A stretch of 64,000 nucleotides of DNA, taken from the NCBI GenBank assembly GCA_963848295.1, contig CAWKDB010000010.1, forward strand, positions 4,064,001 through 4,128,000, written 5' to 3'. Under the pieces are notes generated by a model. The model was not told the origin of the DNA and searched no databases. It saw only the letters and a program-made list of their open reading frames with translations. The position numbers and the translations under genes were made by a program. Within the stretch, counting starts at the first letter, position 1. Each line of letters starts with the position of its first letter. Shown piece after piece: positions 19,314 through 29,273 of this stretch. Source of the DNA: an uncultured delta proteobacterium (GTDB taxonomy: Bacteria; Myxococcota_A; Polyangia; Haliangiales; Haliangiaceae).

Positions 19314-21533
19314 GTGATCGATGTGGGACCACGAACGAAGCTCGCGATGGCGCTGCTGCTTTCGTTCGCCGGCTGCATTCGCCCCGATCTCGTCGCGTGC
19401 GGCGATCTCAGCTGCCCGCGCGGCTCGATGTGCGTGAACGACAGCTTGTGCGCAGCGCCCGATCAAGTCGCGGCGTGCGACGGCGTGGCCGATGGCACGA
19501 TCTGCCACGCATCGAGCGGCGACGGCAACTGCTCGCAGGGCGTGTGCGCGCCGAGTGTGTGCGGCGACGGGATGGTCACCGGGCTCGAGCAATGCGACGG
19601 CGACACCATCCCGGTGGGTTGTACCGATCTCGGCTACTACACCGGCACCGTCGCGTGCACGAAGTACTGTTCGGTCGATCGCTCGGGCTGCAGCGGCCGA
19701 TGTGGTGACGGGATCGTGCAGGCCAACGAAGGCGAGCTGTGCGACAGCAGCCCTCCCGCCGGATCGTGCATGGACTACGGCGAGGATGTCGGCGAGCTCG
19801 CGTGCAGCGCGGGCTGTGGCATCGGACTCGCCGATTGCGGGCGACTCGATTGGTTCCCGACGAAGTCGATCGAGACCACGACGATCGCGATCGCCGGTGC
19901 GCATGGCTGGCTCGCCTACGTCGACACCGCGGGCCACGCCTATGCCGTCTACGATCATCACGCGATCGAGCATGACGGTACGTTCGCCGCGGTCGCGGTC
20001 GCAGATAGCTCGATCTGGGCGATCGGCCCGACGACGGTCGCCCAATGGACCCCCGCGACCGGCTGGATCGACAGCGCTGCACCGTGGCCCGCGACGAGCA
20101 CGGTCGGCAGCGCCTGGGCATCGGACGCGCTCGGCTTGTGGGTCTCGCTCGGAGGTGTCGTGCCGGTGTGGCAGCTCGCAAACGGCACGTGGTCGATGGT
20201 CACCGGGCCGTGGGGCCAGTCGGTGACGTTCGAGAACACGCGCTCGGTCGTGATGATCTCCGCCGACCAGGGGCTCGCGCAATTCGACGGTACGTCGTGG
20301 ACCGCGTACGACGGCCCGACGGGCACGGATTCGGTGGCCGAGGACGATCTCGGTCGGCTGTGGGCGATCTCGGGCACGGTGCAAGGTACGCCGATGCCAA
20401 CTCCACCAGCAGGTACGACGCTGTCGCTGCGCACGAACGGTGTCTGGGCGGACGCCGGGATCGGCTTCTACGGCTACATCGCGGTCGCGCCGAGCGAAGG
20501 CGGCATGTTCATATCGGGATTCGGCATCCAGCTCGAAGGCGTCGGCCAAATCCCGACGGTCGTGTCTGCACTCGTCTCGGTCGGGCAGGCGCCGTTCTCG
20601 ATCAGCTGGTCGGGTGGGCCGCAGGATTTTCCGGGGCTCGCCAGCGACGGAGTGTCGCCGTTTGCGATCGAGGCTGCTGCTCCGATTCAAACGCTGGACG
20701 GCCAGTGGGTCGGCTTGGGCTCTCCGTACGAGATCGCGTTCGGGCACGCGCACGGTGGCCGGCTAGTGGTCAGCTACGCTTCCGGCAATGCCGTCGATGC
20801 ACTCGACGAACACGGCAACCTCGACCCGATCACGCTGCCCGACGGCGTCGCGGGTTGCTCGCTCGTCGCGGTCTCGCTCAGCGGCAGGCTGTATTGCTAC
20901 GACGGTGCGAGCCTGTGGGAAGGCGCCGTCTCCCAGGCCCTCGCATCGGCGAATGCGATGTGGGTCGCAGGAGACGACAGCGCGGTGGCCGTCGGCGGGA
21001 ATGACTTGTTTGCTTCGCGCACGAGCGCGGGCTGGAACGTCAGCGCGCCAGCGATGTCGTTCTCGGCGATCGGCGGCAGCGCGTACGATGATCTCTACGC
21101 GATCGCGACCGCCGACGGTGGCACGCCCGCGCTGTGGCACTTCGACGGCACGGCGTGGACCGCGGTGACGTCCGGCGACGCGGGACTATCACAGCTCGTG
21201 GTCGGCGCGACGCGGGTCTACGCGCTCGATGCGAGCGGCCTGATGGCGTTCGATCGTGCGACCGGCACCGTGAGTCATCCGACGTTGCCATTCGCGTTCT
21301 CGCAGATCACCGGCGACAGCGGCGACGAGCTATTCGCGATCGCGAACACCGCCTCGCCCTCGAGCCTGTGGCACTACGACGGCACGTATGCGTCGCCGAT
21401 GCGCGCCGCGGATACGGTCAACGGGATCTACGCGTTCGGAGATCAACTCGTGATGTTCACCAACACTCCGATTCACGATGGGCCGCCGAACCTGGTCGCG
21501 CTGTATCGCCTTGCGCGAACCGCTAGCTGGTGA
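19314..21533 (+). CDS. Cys-rich (DUF4215-like) lipoprotein with C-terminal beta-propeller repeats
   Basis: LLLSFAGC lipobox; CGDG..EQCDG repeats; LWHFDG/LWHYDG repeats. The first ~338 codons of ORF 18300 are antisense shadow. Confidence 0.8.
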   Translation: MIDVGPRTKLAMALLLSFAGCIRPDLVACGDLSCPRGSMCVNDSLCAAPDQVAACDGVADGTICHASSGDGNCSQGVCAPSVCGDGMVTGLEQCDGDTIPVGCTDLGYYTGTVACTKYCSVDRSGCSGRCGDGIVQANEGELCDSSPPAGSCMDYGEDVGELACSAGCGIGLADCGRLDWFPTKSIETTTIAIAGAHGWLAYVDTAGHAYAVYDHHAIEHDGTFAAVAVADSSIWAIGPTTVAQWTPATGWIDSAAPWPATSTVGSAWASDALGLWVSLGGVVPVWQLANGTWSMVTGPWGQSVTFENTRSVVMISADQGLAQFDGTSWTAYDGPTGTDSVAEDDLGRLWAISGTVQGTPMPTPPAGTTLSLRTNGVWADAGIGFYGYIAVAPSEGGMFISGFGIQLEGVGQIPTVVSALVSVGQAPFSISWSGGPQDFPGLASDGVSPFAIEAAAPIQTLDGQWVGLGSPYEIAFGHAHGGRLVVSYASGNAVDALDEHGNLDPITLPDGVAGCSLVAVSLSGRLYCYDGASLWEGAVSQALASANAMWVAGDDSAVAVGGNDLFASRTSAGWNVSAPAMSFSAIGGSAYDDLYAIATADGGTPALWHFDGTAWTAVTSGDAGLSQLVVGATRVYALDASGLMAFDRATGTVSHPTLPFAFSQITGDSGDELFAIANTASPSSLWHYDGTYASPMRAADTVNGIYAFGDQLVMFTNTPIHDGPPNLVALYRLARTASW

Positions 21534-21543
21534 CCACGCTGCC

Positions 21544-23436
21544 TTACGACCGACCGGACTGGTCGCGCTCGAGCTCGGCGAGCCGCCGTTGCGCAGGCCG
21601 CCACCGCCAGGCGATGTTGAGTGCGAAGCCGAGGTTCGCCGTGCTTATCGCGTAGAGCCGGAGCTCGAGGTGCGTCGCTCCAAGCACGAAACCGATCAGG
21701 TAGCCGATCGCCGCGAACGCGAGATAACGATCGACCATGATCGCGGCAGTCGACGCGACCACGAACCATAGAAATATCATCAGCACCTGGACGATCGATG
21801 CTTGGAGCCCGAGGGCCCATCCGCCGAGCGCCAGCGCGCCCTGTGCGACAAACATGAACCCGACGGTCATGAACGTCTTGCGATCGACCGACGTCATCGG
21901 AACCGGGCCTCGCGCTCGCCACCCCGCCGCGGCCGTCACGACGACGAGGAACACCCCCGCCCAGATGACTTGGTCTGCGTGCGTTTCGATCGCGTTCCCG
22001 GAGAACATCGCGCGCACGAGTGGTGCGAGCCAGAAGAAGCCGCCGAGCACGATCCCGGTGATCCAGCGTACCCGGCTGTTCTTGAGCGGATCTAGATCCT
22101 CGCGTATGTGCTCGAGGGCGTGGCGTCGCGTGATCGCCGCCGCTTCAGCAGCTTGCGCGCGCTCGAGCACGAGCGCCGGCGGTTCGGATAGCTCGTTCAG
22201 CAACCGGAGCGCGGCGCTGGGCTGGTCGTGTGCGAGCTCGAACTCGGCGACGGCACAGGTCGCACGCATCAACCCGGAACGCGCTTCGGCATTGTCGCGC
22301 CACACCGCGAGCGCCTCGTGGAAGCCGAACCTGCAGATCGCGAGCTGGCGATAGAGCTCCTCGCGATCACCATCGCCAGCGGTCTTGACCGCGGCGAGCA
22401 GCGCATCGACTTGTTCGCCAGCACGCGCCGCGAGCTGCGCCGACCCGCGATGCTCGAGATAATGCTGGAGCGCGAGCTGCATCGCATCGATCGAATCGAA
22501 CCGTTTGTTCGGGTCGGAGTCCATCGCACGCATGCATATCTGTGCGAGCTCTCCGGGTGCATCGGCGGGTAGGGCCGGCGTCGAGCTCACGATGCTCGCG
22601 ATCGTCGCGTAGACGTCGGAGCCCGTGTGCGGCGGTCGGCCTGCGAGCAGCTCGAATAACACCGCGCCTGCGAGATAGACGTCGGTGCGTTCCGAGATCG
22701 GCGTGCCGTCGCGACCCAACATCTCGGGCGCCATGTAGCAAGGCGTGCCGGCGAGCTCCCAGGTAGATCCGAGCCTCGGGAAGCGGCCGGTGTCGTCCTC
22801 GCGCAAGCTCACCGCGATGCCCCAGTCGAGCAGGTAGACCTCGCCGAAGCTTCCGATCATGACGTTGCTCGGCTTGAGATCGCGATGGACGAAACCGCGG
22901 CTGTGAGCGAAGCGCAGCGCGTTCATCACTTGATGCAAGATCTCGACGTTCCGTGCGAGCACATCGGTCGTGCCGAACCGACTGCGAATCTCGGCCGGGT
23001 CACCGAGCAGCGTGCTCCATTCGACGCCATCGATCCGCTTGAGGATCAATACCGGCAGGCCGGCGTCGTCGGTGCCGAGGTGATGGATCGGTACGATGTT
23101 GGGGTGCTCGAGCGCGCCGGTGACCCATGCCTCGCGCAGTAACTCGTCGGCAGCGCCGGCTGCGCGGCCCGCCTTGACGGTCTTGACCGCGACCATTCGG
23201 CCGAGCGCGACTTGCTCCGCTTCGCGCACGACGCCCATCCCACCCTCGCCGATCACGCGACCGGTACGCAGCTCGACTGCTCGTCCACTCGCGATCACCT
23301 GCGCGAGCAACGCCTTGGCTTGCTCACCTTGCTCGTGCGCCGGCACGATCGTCTGCTCCGGCAGGGTCTCGCTCACGATCAGCTTGCTGCGCAGAGTGTC
23401 GAGCCACCCGTCGAGCCCATCGTCGCGTTTGGTCAC
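21544..23436 (-). CDS. Ser/Thr protein kinase, N-terminal kinase domain with C-terminal multi-TM region
   Basis: GEGGMGVV, VAVK, HRDLKPSN, DWG, GTPCYMAPE; ~5 TM segments at the C terminus. Confidence 0.92.
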   Translation of the reverse strand: MTKRDDGLDGWLDTLRSKLIVSETLPEQTIVPAHEQGEQAKALLAQVIASGRAVELRTGRVIGEGGMGVVREAEQVALGRMVAVKTVKAGRAAGAADELLREAWVTGALEHPNIVPIHHLGTDDAGLPVLILKRIDGVEWSTLLGDPAEIRSRFGTTDVLARNVEILHQVMNALRFAHSRGFVHRDLKPSNVMIGSFGEVYLLDWGIAVSLREDDTGRFPRLGSTWELAGTPCYMAPEMLGRDGTPISERTDVYLAGAVLFELLAGRPPHTGSDVYATIASIVSSTPALPADAPGELAQICMRAMDSDPNKRFDSIDAMQLALQHYLEHRGSAQLAARAGEQVDALLAAVKTAGDGDREELYRQLAICRFGFHEALAVWRDNAEARSGLMRATCAVAEFELAHDQPSAALRLLNELSEPPALVLERAQAAEAAAITRRHALEHIREDLDPLKNSRVRWITGIVLGGFFWLAPLVRAMFSGNAIETHADQVIWAGVFLVVVTAAAGWRARGPVPMTSVDRKTFMTVGFMFVAQGALALGGWALGLQASIVQVLMIFLWFVVASTAAIMVDRYLAFAAIGYLIGFVLGATHLELRLYAISTANLGFALNIAWRWRPAQRRLAELERDQSGRS

Positions 23437-23450
23437 TCCCCCTACGGTAC

Positions 23451-23588
23451 ACCGACATCGAGATCGCGGCCGATGACGCGGTGCCGTACAGCGAGGTCGT
23501 CAAGGTGATCGACGAAGCTGCGAAGGACGGCTTCGTCGACTGGCGATTGACGACGCCGGCTCGACTCGCGGCGCGACCCTCGCTCTAA
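23451..23588 (+). pseudogene. C-terminal remnant of an ExbD/TolR-family gene
   Basis: Manual translation TDIEIAADDAVPYSEVVKVIDEAAKDGFVDWRLTTPARLAARPSL*; no start codon or TM segment. Confidence 0.65.
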
Positions 23589-23620
23589 TAAACAGCGAAG
23601 CGCTCGTATAGGATGGCGGC

Positions 23621-24571
23621 ATGCGGATCGCTATCGTCTTCGCGGCGTGCGCTGTCATGACCCCCGCGACATCGGCGGCGGACGTCCCGACGAAGCTCGC
23701 CGGGAAGCCGACCGCCTTGCTCGGCGATCACGTCGAGGTCGCGCTGCCGGTTGGCATGAAGCTCGAAGCGCGTGGCCATAGCATCATGGCCGCCGACCAA
23801 GCCGGCGAAGATGAGACGCGCGCCGTGCTCGACGACGGTAGCGCTCGCCTCGTGATGATGGCGTACGAGCTCTACGCGACGACCGGCCCCGACTTCAGAG
23901 CCGCGGCGATCGCCGATGCGAAGGCGCAGCTGCCGAACGCCATGGTCGAAGCGGTCGCGCTCGCCAAGCCGCTCGCCGGCTTTGCCGCGGCTCCGCCGAC
24001 GAAGGGCGACCAGGACGCGAACCTCATCTATATGATGTGGCTCGGCAACGCCGATGCGACGGTGCAGGTGCTCGCGTTCTATCTCAACCCGGCCGGGGCG
24101 AAGGCGACCGGCAAGTGGCTCGCGCTCGCGAAGAAGATCGCGGCGACCGCGGTCGCGGGCAAGCGCGTGCTCGCGACGAAAGCCGGCGACCGCGCGTTGG
24201 GGGACCTCGTGGTCGCGCTTCCCGACGGTTGGGCGGTCACGCCGCAGCCCGGGCCAGACTTCATCGTGTTCCACCTGCGCAAGACCGCCGTGCTCGGTAC
24301 GTCGCCCCCCCGCTGCGGCGTCTACGTCGGCGGCTTCGCGTCGTATCAGTATTCGCAGAATGGAATCGAGGCAGCTCACGTCAAGAAGCTGGCCGGCAAG
24401 CTGATGGGCGCGAAGGTCGACTGGTATGTCTGGACCGCGAATGGGAGCTCGACGACCGAGGCGATGACGAAGGGCTTGAACGGCGAGACCGTGCACGTGT
24501 TCTGCTCGGCATCGGCCGAGGGCGAGCTCGCCGATCTGCGCAAGCTCGCCGAGACGCTGCGCCACAAGTGA
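23621..24571 (+). CDS. Secreted hypothetical protein
   Basis: Signal peptide; good codon bias; TAGGAT 6 nt before the ATG. Confidence 0.8.
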   Translation: MRIAIVFAACAVMTPATSAADVPTKLAGKPTALLGDHVEVALPVGMKLEARGHSIMAADQAGEDETRAVLDDGSARLVMMAYELYATTGPDFRAAAIADAKAQLPNAMVEAVALAKPLAGFAAAPPTKGDQDANLIYMMWLGNADATVQVLAFYLNPAGAKATGKWLALAKKIAATAVAGKRVLATKAGDRALGDLVVALPDGWAVTPQPGPDFIVFHLRKTAVLGTSPPRCGVYVGGFASYQYSQNGIEAAHVKKLAGKLMGAKVDWYVWTANGSSTTEAMTKGLNGETVHVFCSASAEGELADLRKLAETLRHK

Positions 24572-24576
24572 CCGCC

Positions 24577-26058
24577 ATGAAGCTGCTCGTCACGCCCGCC
24601 GCAATCCAGTTCACGTCCGAGCTCGCAGCATCGGGTCATCACGTCATGACCTGGGACTTCGCCGCGCCGGATCCGCAGGCACACCTCGTCATCGTGTCCG
24701 GCCTCGACGAGATCGGTCGCGGCGCGGCGGCCGGCGTCCACCTGCTCGCGATTGTCGAGCCGGCCGAGATCGCGGACCTCGCATCACGCCCGAGTCGGGT
24801 CGCCGACTTCGCGGTCACACCGCTGCGACCGAGCGAGCTCACGGCGCGCGTCGGCCGGATCTGCGCGCTGCCTTCGCTGCCGAAACAACAGATGAGCGAG
24901 CTCATGGCGCTCGCGGTCGAGAGCACGAGCGATGTCGTCGAGATCTCGACGCCCGCGGCTGTGCTTCAGTACGTCAACCCCGCGTACGAGACGTCGCTCG
25001 GATTCGCCCCCGTCGAAGCGATCGGCAAGACACCGGCGCAGCTCGTGCGCAGCGACGCGCATTCCCCGGAGTTCTTTCGCGAGCTCGATCGGACGTTGCA
25101 AGCCGGCACGCCGTGGTCGGGCACGCTGATCTCGAAGGCGCGTAACGGCCGGATGGTCCACTTCGACACGACGATCACGCCGATCAGCGACGCGAACGCA
25201 CGCATGACCCATCACATCGCGATCAAGCGCGATATCACCGACGAGATCGAGCGGCGCGCGGCACTCGATGCCTCGAATCGCGAGCTCGAAGCGCTCCGGC
25301 TCGATCAGGCCGTGTCGCGCGCGAAGCACGAGGAGGAGATCGCGATCGCGACCCACGTCCAGACGTCGATCCTGCCGCGGCTGTTCGATCTACCCGGGTT
25401 CGTGGTCTCGGCGGCGATGATCCCGGCGACTCAGATCGGCGGCGACTACTACGATCTCCACGTAACGCCCGACGCGGCGTGGCTCGCGATCGGCGACGTC
25501 TCGGGGCACGGCCTCGATGCCGGCCTCGTGATGATGATGATGCAGAGCGCGATGGCCGCGATCGTGCGCGTCGATCCGAACGCCCGCCCGTGCGAGATGG
25601 TCGGGGCGCTCAACGACGTGCTGTTCGATAACATCCGCCGCCGGCTCGGCACGCGCGAGCACGTGACGTTCACGCTGTTGCGCTTGTCGCCCGACGGCGG
25701 CGTGACCTACGCGGGTGCGCACGAAGACATCTTGTTGTGGCGCGCGAAGACCCGGCGGTTCGAGAGCATGCCCACGCCGGGTGTGTGGCTCGGCGCCCGA
25801 TCGGGGATCGGCGACGTCACGATCGACTCGGCGTTCCAGCTCGAGCACGACGATGTCGTCGTGCTCTATACCGACGGCGTGATCGAGGCGCGCGACGCCG
25901 CAGGCCGACAGCTCGATCTCGACGGCCTGCGCGGAATGGTCGAGAAGGTCGTCGACCAACCGGTCGAGGCCATTCGCGATCACGTCATCGCCGGAACGCG
26001 GGCGTGGATGGCCGAACAGCTCGACGACATCTCGGTCGTCGTCTTGCGTCGAGATTAG
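24577..26058 (+). CDS. PAS-domain PP2C/SpoIIE (RsbU-like) phosphatase with degenerate N-terminal receiver
   Basis: PAS YVNPAYE..AIGKTP..KRDIT; PP2C IGGDYYD, IGDVSGHG, LYTDGVIEA, DDISVV. Confidence 0.9.
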   Translation: MKLLVTPAAIQFTSELAASGHHVMTWDFAAPDPQAHLVIVSGLDEIGRGAAAGVHLLAIVEPAEIADLASRPSRVADFAVTPLRPSELTARVGRICALPSLPKQQMSELMALAVESTSDVVEISTPAAVLQYVNPAYETSLGFAPVEAIGKTPAQLVRSDAHSPEFFRELDRTLQAGTPWSGTLISKARNGRMVHFDTTITPISDANARMTHHIAIKRDITDEIERRAALDASNRELEALRLDQAVSRAKHEEEIAIATHVQTSILPRLFDLPGFVVSAAMIPATQIGGDYYDLHVTPDAAWLAIGDVSGHGLDAGLVMMMMQSAMAAIVRVDPNARPCEMVGALNDVLFDNIRRRLGTREHVTFTLLRLSPDGGVTYAGAHEDILLWRAKTRRFESMPTPGVWLGARSGIGDVTIDSAFQLEHDDVVVLYTDGVIEARDAAGRQLDLDGLRGMVEKVVDQPVEAIRDHVIAGTRAWMAEQLDDISVVVLRRD

Positions 26059-28280
26059 GGCGACGCGGCGAGCGCGGCCTCGCACTCGGCCGCTAGCACG
26101 CCCGCGCCGAGCTTCGGGTCGGCCGCGGCGGCATGGTGCAGCGAGTCGAGGGCGCGGCGCAGCGCGGCTCTTCGGGTCGCGCCGTCGGTCGTGCGCGCGA
26201 CATAGTCCTTGTCGAGAATGCCGCGATCGTAGAGCGCGAGTCCGCGGGTCGGCGCGAGCGCGATCGCTCGTGCGTAGGCGGCGTCGGCGTCGGCGAGCTT
26301 GCCTTGGCCTCGCAACGCGATGCCGAGCGCGACGAGCACGTCGTAGCTCGGGTGCGTGATCGGCGAGAGCTGGGCGATCGCATCACCGAACCGATCGACT
26401 GCGAGCAGGGCCAGGGCGAGATCGAGGCGAGCCTCGTCCGGCGCTCCACGTAGCGCGACCGCGGCCCCGAGCCGGTCGAGCGCGAATGGCCATGCGCCCC
26501 GCTGGATCGCGCGCACGCCGAGCGCGAGATCGAGCGCGAGCGAGTCGACCTGTTCGTTCTCGGCTTGATGCAGGTCGTAGTCGGCGAGCGCCGGTCGACC
26601 CAGATCGCGGATCGCTGCAACCACGAACGCTGACGCCAGCTCGCTCATCCGCGCGAGCCCGAGCTGAGCCTCGGCTTCGCGCTCGATCGCCCGGTCGCCG
26701 TGTGCCCGATCGAACAACGCGATCGCGAGCCCGAGGTGGGCGCTGTCGACGTCGCCGTGCGCGAGCAGCTCGCGCCAGGTTTGCTCCGCGGCCGCGCCAT
26801 GGCCCGCGTGCCATTCGAGCGCACCGAGGTTCGATAGCGACCGCGGATCGCCGGCTCGCTGATACGCCGCGCGCGCTTCGTCGACGAGGTCGCAGCGCTG
26901 ATAGCTGAGTCCGACCATGTACGGCGCCATCACCGACGTGCGCGCGAGCGCCGCGAACCGATCCGCGGATCGCCGACACGTCGTGGCGTTCCAGCCCGCG
27001 CGGTCTCTCGCTTCGAATTCCGCGACGGCGGCGCGCAGCGCGTCGGGGTCGTGGTCCGCCACGCTCACCGGGCCCGAGCTCGGGTCGGGCCAGACCGTCA
27101 CCGGATCGGGTCGCAGCTCGTCGTCCGCGGCGAAGTGCGTTGGATCGAGCGTCGCGCGCTCGCGCTGGCACAGCTGTGACCAGTCGTCGTGGATCGCGAG
27201 CTCGCTCGCCTTCGCGACGCACGTCGTGTACAGCTCGAGCGCGCGAGCCGGCGATCGTGCGAGCCCGGCGAGTCGCGCTGATGCCGCGACCACCGCCTCC
27301 GGGTCCGCCGTCGCGACCACCGCCTCGTACTCGCGCTCGGCTCTCGCATCGTCGTGAGCCTCGCGCTCGAGATCGGCCGACGCGAGCTGCGCCATCGCGT
27401 GCAGGTGCCGGGTCGGCGCTTGGGGCGACGGAATGTCCTCGAACGCGCGGTTCGCGCTGGCGAGCGCGCTCGATGCCTCCGTGACGAGCTTCGCGTCGCG
27501 TTTGACGGCCGCGCTCGGACGGCCGACCTGGTTGCGTGCCGGCGGTGCGACGCACAGCCCGTCGATCGGCTTGACCGGGCACGCCTTGCGCCACAACAAG
27601 ATCCCGAGCTCGGCGTACGCGTCGACGCGCCGGTCCAAGCCGCCGCGCGTGCCATACGTCTTCAGGTAGTCGCGCAGGCGCTTGATGGCATCGTCCGGGC
27701 CGCGCCGCTCGTAGATCGGAGTGAGCGACAACGTCAGCGCAGCGGCCGTGTCCTGGTCCCGGAGACTGAAGTTCCGCGAGAACTGCCTGACGTCCTCGAT
27801 CACCTTCGCGTCCTCGCCGAGAGCCTGCCGCAAGTAGCTCGCGTCGCTGCTGGCCATACGCGCGTCGGCCTCGCCAGCGTACTTGGTCGCATACGTCTCC
27901 AGCCAACTCGCCGCCTCGTCGAGCTTGCCCACCTGCGCGGCGACCCGCGCGGCGCGCACCATCGCCTTTGCTGCCAGCCGCGATCGCGGAAACCGGGCGA
28001 TCACGGTGCGAAACGCAGCGGTCGCCGCATCGGGGCTTCGACCCTGTTCGAAGCAGACGCCGGCGTTGAACTCGGCCTCGTCGGCGCCGTCGCGCGCGGT
28101 CGGCGCGAGCCGGTACAGCTCGAGGAACGCGTTGCCACACGCGACAAACAGCGCGGGAGCGCGCGCATCGGTCGCCGCGCGATCTGCTTGCTCGGCGTGC
28201 AGCCGTGCGTCTTGCAACGGGTCCGCGCGCGCTGCACCCACCGTGCAACAGATCACCGCCGCGATCGTTCCCCTCGTCAT
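26055..28280 (-). CDS. Secreted TPR protein resembling myxobacterial gliding-complex TPR proteins
   Basis: Signal peptide; TPRs such as AEFNAGVCFEQG and VALGIALRGQGKLADADAAYARAIAL. Confidence 0.75.
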   Translation of the reverse strand: MTRGTIAAVICCTVGAARADPLQDARLHAEQADRAATDARAPALFVACGNAFLELYRLAPTARDGADEAEFNAGVCFEQGRSPDAATAAFRTVIARFPRSRLAAKAMVRAARVAAQVGKLDEAASWLETYATKYAGEADARMASSDASYLRQALGEDAKVIEDVRQFSRNFSLRDQDTAAALTLSLTPIYERRGPDDAIKRLRDYLKTYGTRGGLDRRVDAYAELGILLWRKACPVKPIDGLCVAPPARNQVGRPSAAVKRDAKLVTEASSALASANRAFEDIPSPQAPTRHLHAMAQLASADLEREAHDDARAEREYEAVVATADPEAVVAASARLAGLARSPARALELYTTCVAKASELAIHDDWSQLCQRERATLDPTHFAADDELRPDPVTVWPDPSSGPVSVADHDPDALRAAVAEFEARDRAGWNATTCRRSADRFAALARTSVMAPYMVGLSYQRCDLVDEARAAYQRAGDPRSLSNLGALEWHAGHGAAAEQTWRELLAHGDVDSAHLGLAIALFDRAHGDRAIEREAEAQLGLARMSELASAFVVAAIRDLGRPALADYDLHQAENEQVDSLALDLALGVRAIQRGAWPFALDRLGAAVALRGAPDEARLDLALALLAVDRFGDAIAQLSPITHPSYDVLVALGIALRGQGKLADADAAYARAIALAPTRGLALYDRGILDKDYVARTTDGATRRAALRRALDSLHHAAAADPKLGAGVLAAECEAALAASP

Positions 28281-28373
28281 GCCGCTTCGACAACGGGCGC
28301 CCCGATCGGTTGCGTCAAAGGTGGTTGCAGGCCCGCTCGTGGTTCACGCCCGCGATCGGCTAACCTTCGACGC

Positions 28374-29132
28374 GTGTACGCCCGAGTAGCGCTCGCCGTC
28401 GCCTTGACCGGATGTGCGTCGTGGCTCCCTGCGCCGGCGCCGGTTCACACGCTCGCGAGTCGCGCGTATCCCGACAAGCAAGCGCGTTGCCTGCTCGTGT
28501 TGTTACCCGGGATGGGCGACTCCGACGCCGACTTTCGCGACCACGGGTTCATCGATGCGATTCGCGCGCGCAAGCTCTCGGTCGACACGATCAGCGCGAA
28601 CCTGACACTCGGCTATTACGCGCGCCGGACGCTGTTCGAGCGGATCGAGACCGACATCCTCGTGCCGGCCCGCGCGGCGGGCTACAGCCAGATCTGGTTC
28701 GGTGGAGTGTCGATGGGCGGGCTCGGCTCGGCGCTCGTCGCGGAGCGTCACGCGCGCGAGCTCGCCGGCGTGATCCTGATCGCGCCGTACCTCGGCGACG
28801 ACGACCTGCTGACCGAGATCGCCCGCGCCGGGGGGCTCGCCCACTGGCAACCGCCCGCGACGATCCCGAACAACGACGACCAGCGGGAGCTCTGGCGCTG
28901 GCTGAAGGACGTGACCGAGCACCCCGACACCGGGCCGCCGATCTATCTCGCCGCAGGCGATCAGGACAAGCTCGCGCTCGCTCATCATCTGCTCGCCACG
29001 CAATTGCCGAAGCAGCGCGTGTTCCACACCCGTGGCAACCACGACTGGGGCCCATGGTCGGTGCTGTGGGCCGACTTTCTCGATCACTCCGACTTCCGGA
29101 CGCGCTGCGCCGAGCCGTCACGTCGTCCCTAG
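28374..29132 (+). CDS. Alpha/beta-hydrolase (esterase) lipoprotein
   Basis: GTG 28374; ALTGC lipobox; LLPGMGD, GVSMGG nucleophile elbow, GNHDW. Confidence 0.85.
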   Translation: MYARVALAVALTGCASWLPAPAPVHTLASRAYPDKQARCLLVLLPGMGDSDADFRDHGFIDAIRARKLSVDTISANLTLGYYARRTLFERIETDILVPARAAGYSQIWFGGVSMGGLGSALVAERHARELAGVILIAPYLGDDDLLTEIARAGGLAHWQPPATIPNNDDQRELWRWLKDVTEHPDTGPPIYLAAGDQDKLALAHHLLATQLPKQRVFHTRGNHDWGPWSVLWADFLDHSDFRTRCAEPSRRP

Positions 29133-29182
29133 TTCGCGATGCGAGCGAGCGCGCGATGTTACAAATCCTCGACTCTCACGCT

Positions 29183-29198
29183 CGGCATCCTCCATGCA
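29183..29198 (+). promoter_or_regulatory. Possible sigma54 -24/-12 promoter
   Basis: CGGCATCCTCCATGCA (GG-N10-GC) in the intergenic region upstream of 29274. Confidence 0.35.
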
Positions 29199-29273
29199 AA
29201 CTAGCTCGCTCATGCGATTGCTGCGTGGCCATCTAGATGTTCGTCCACGGTCCGTTCGAGCGTGGGGTGACGT

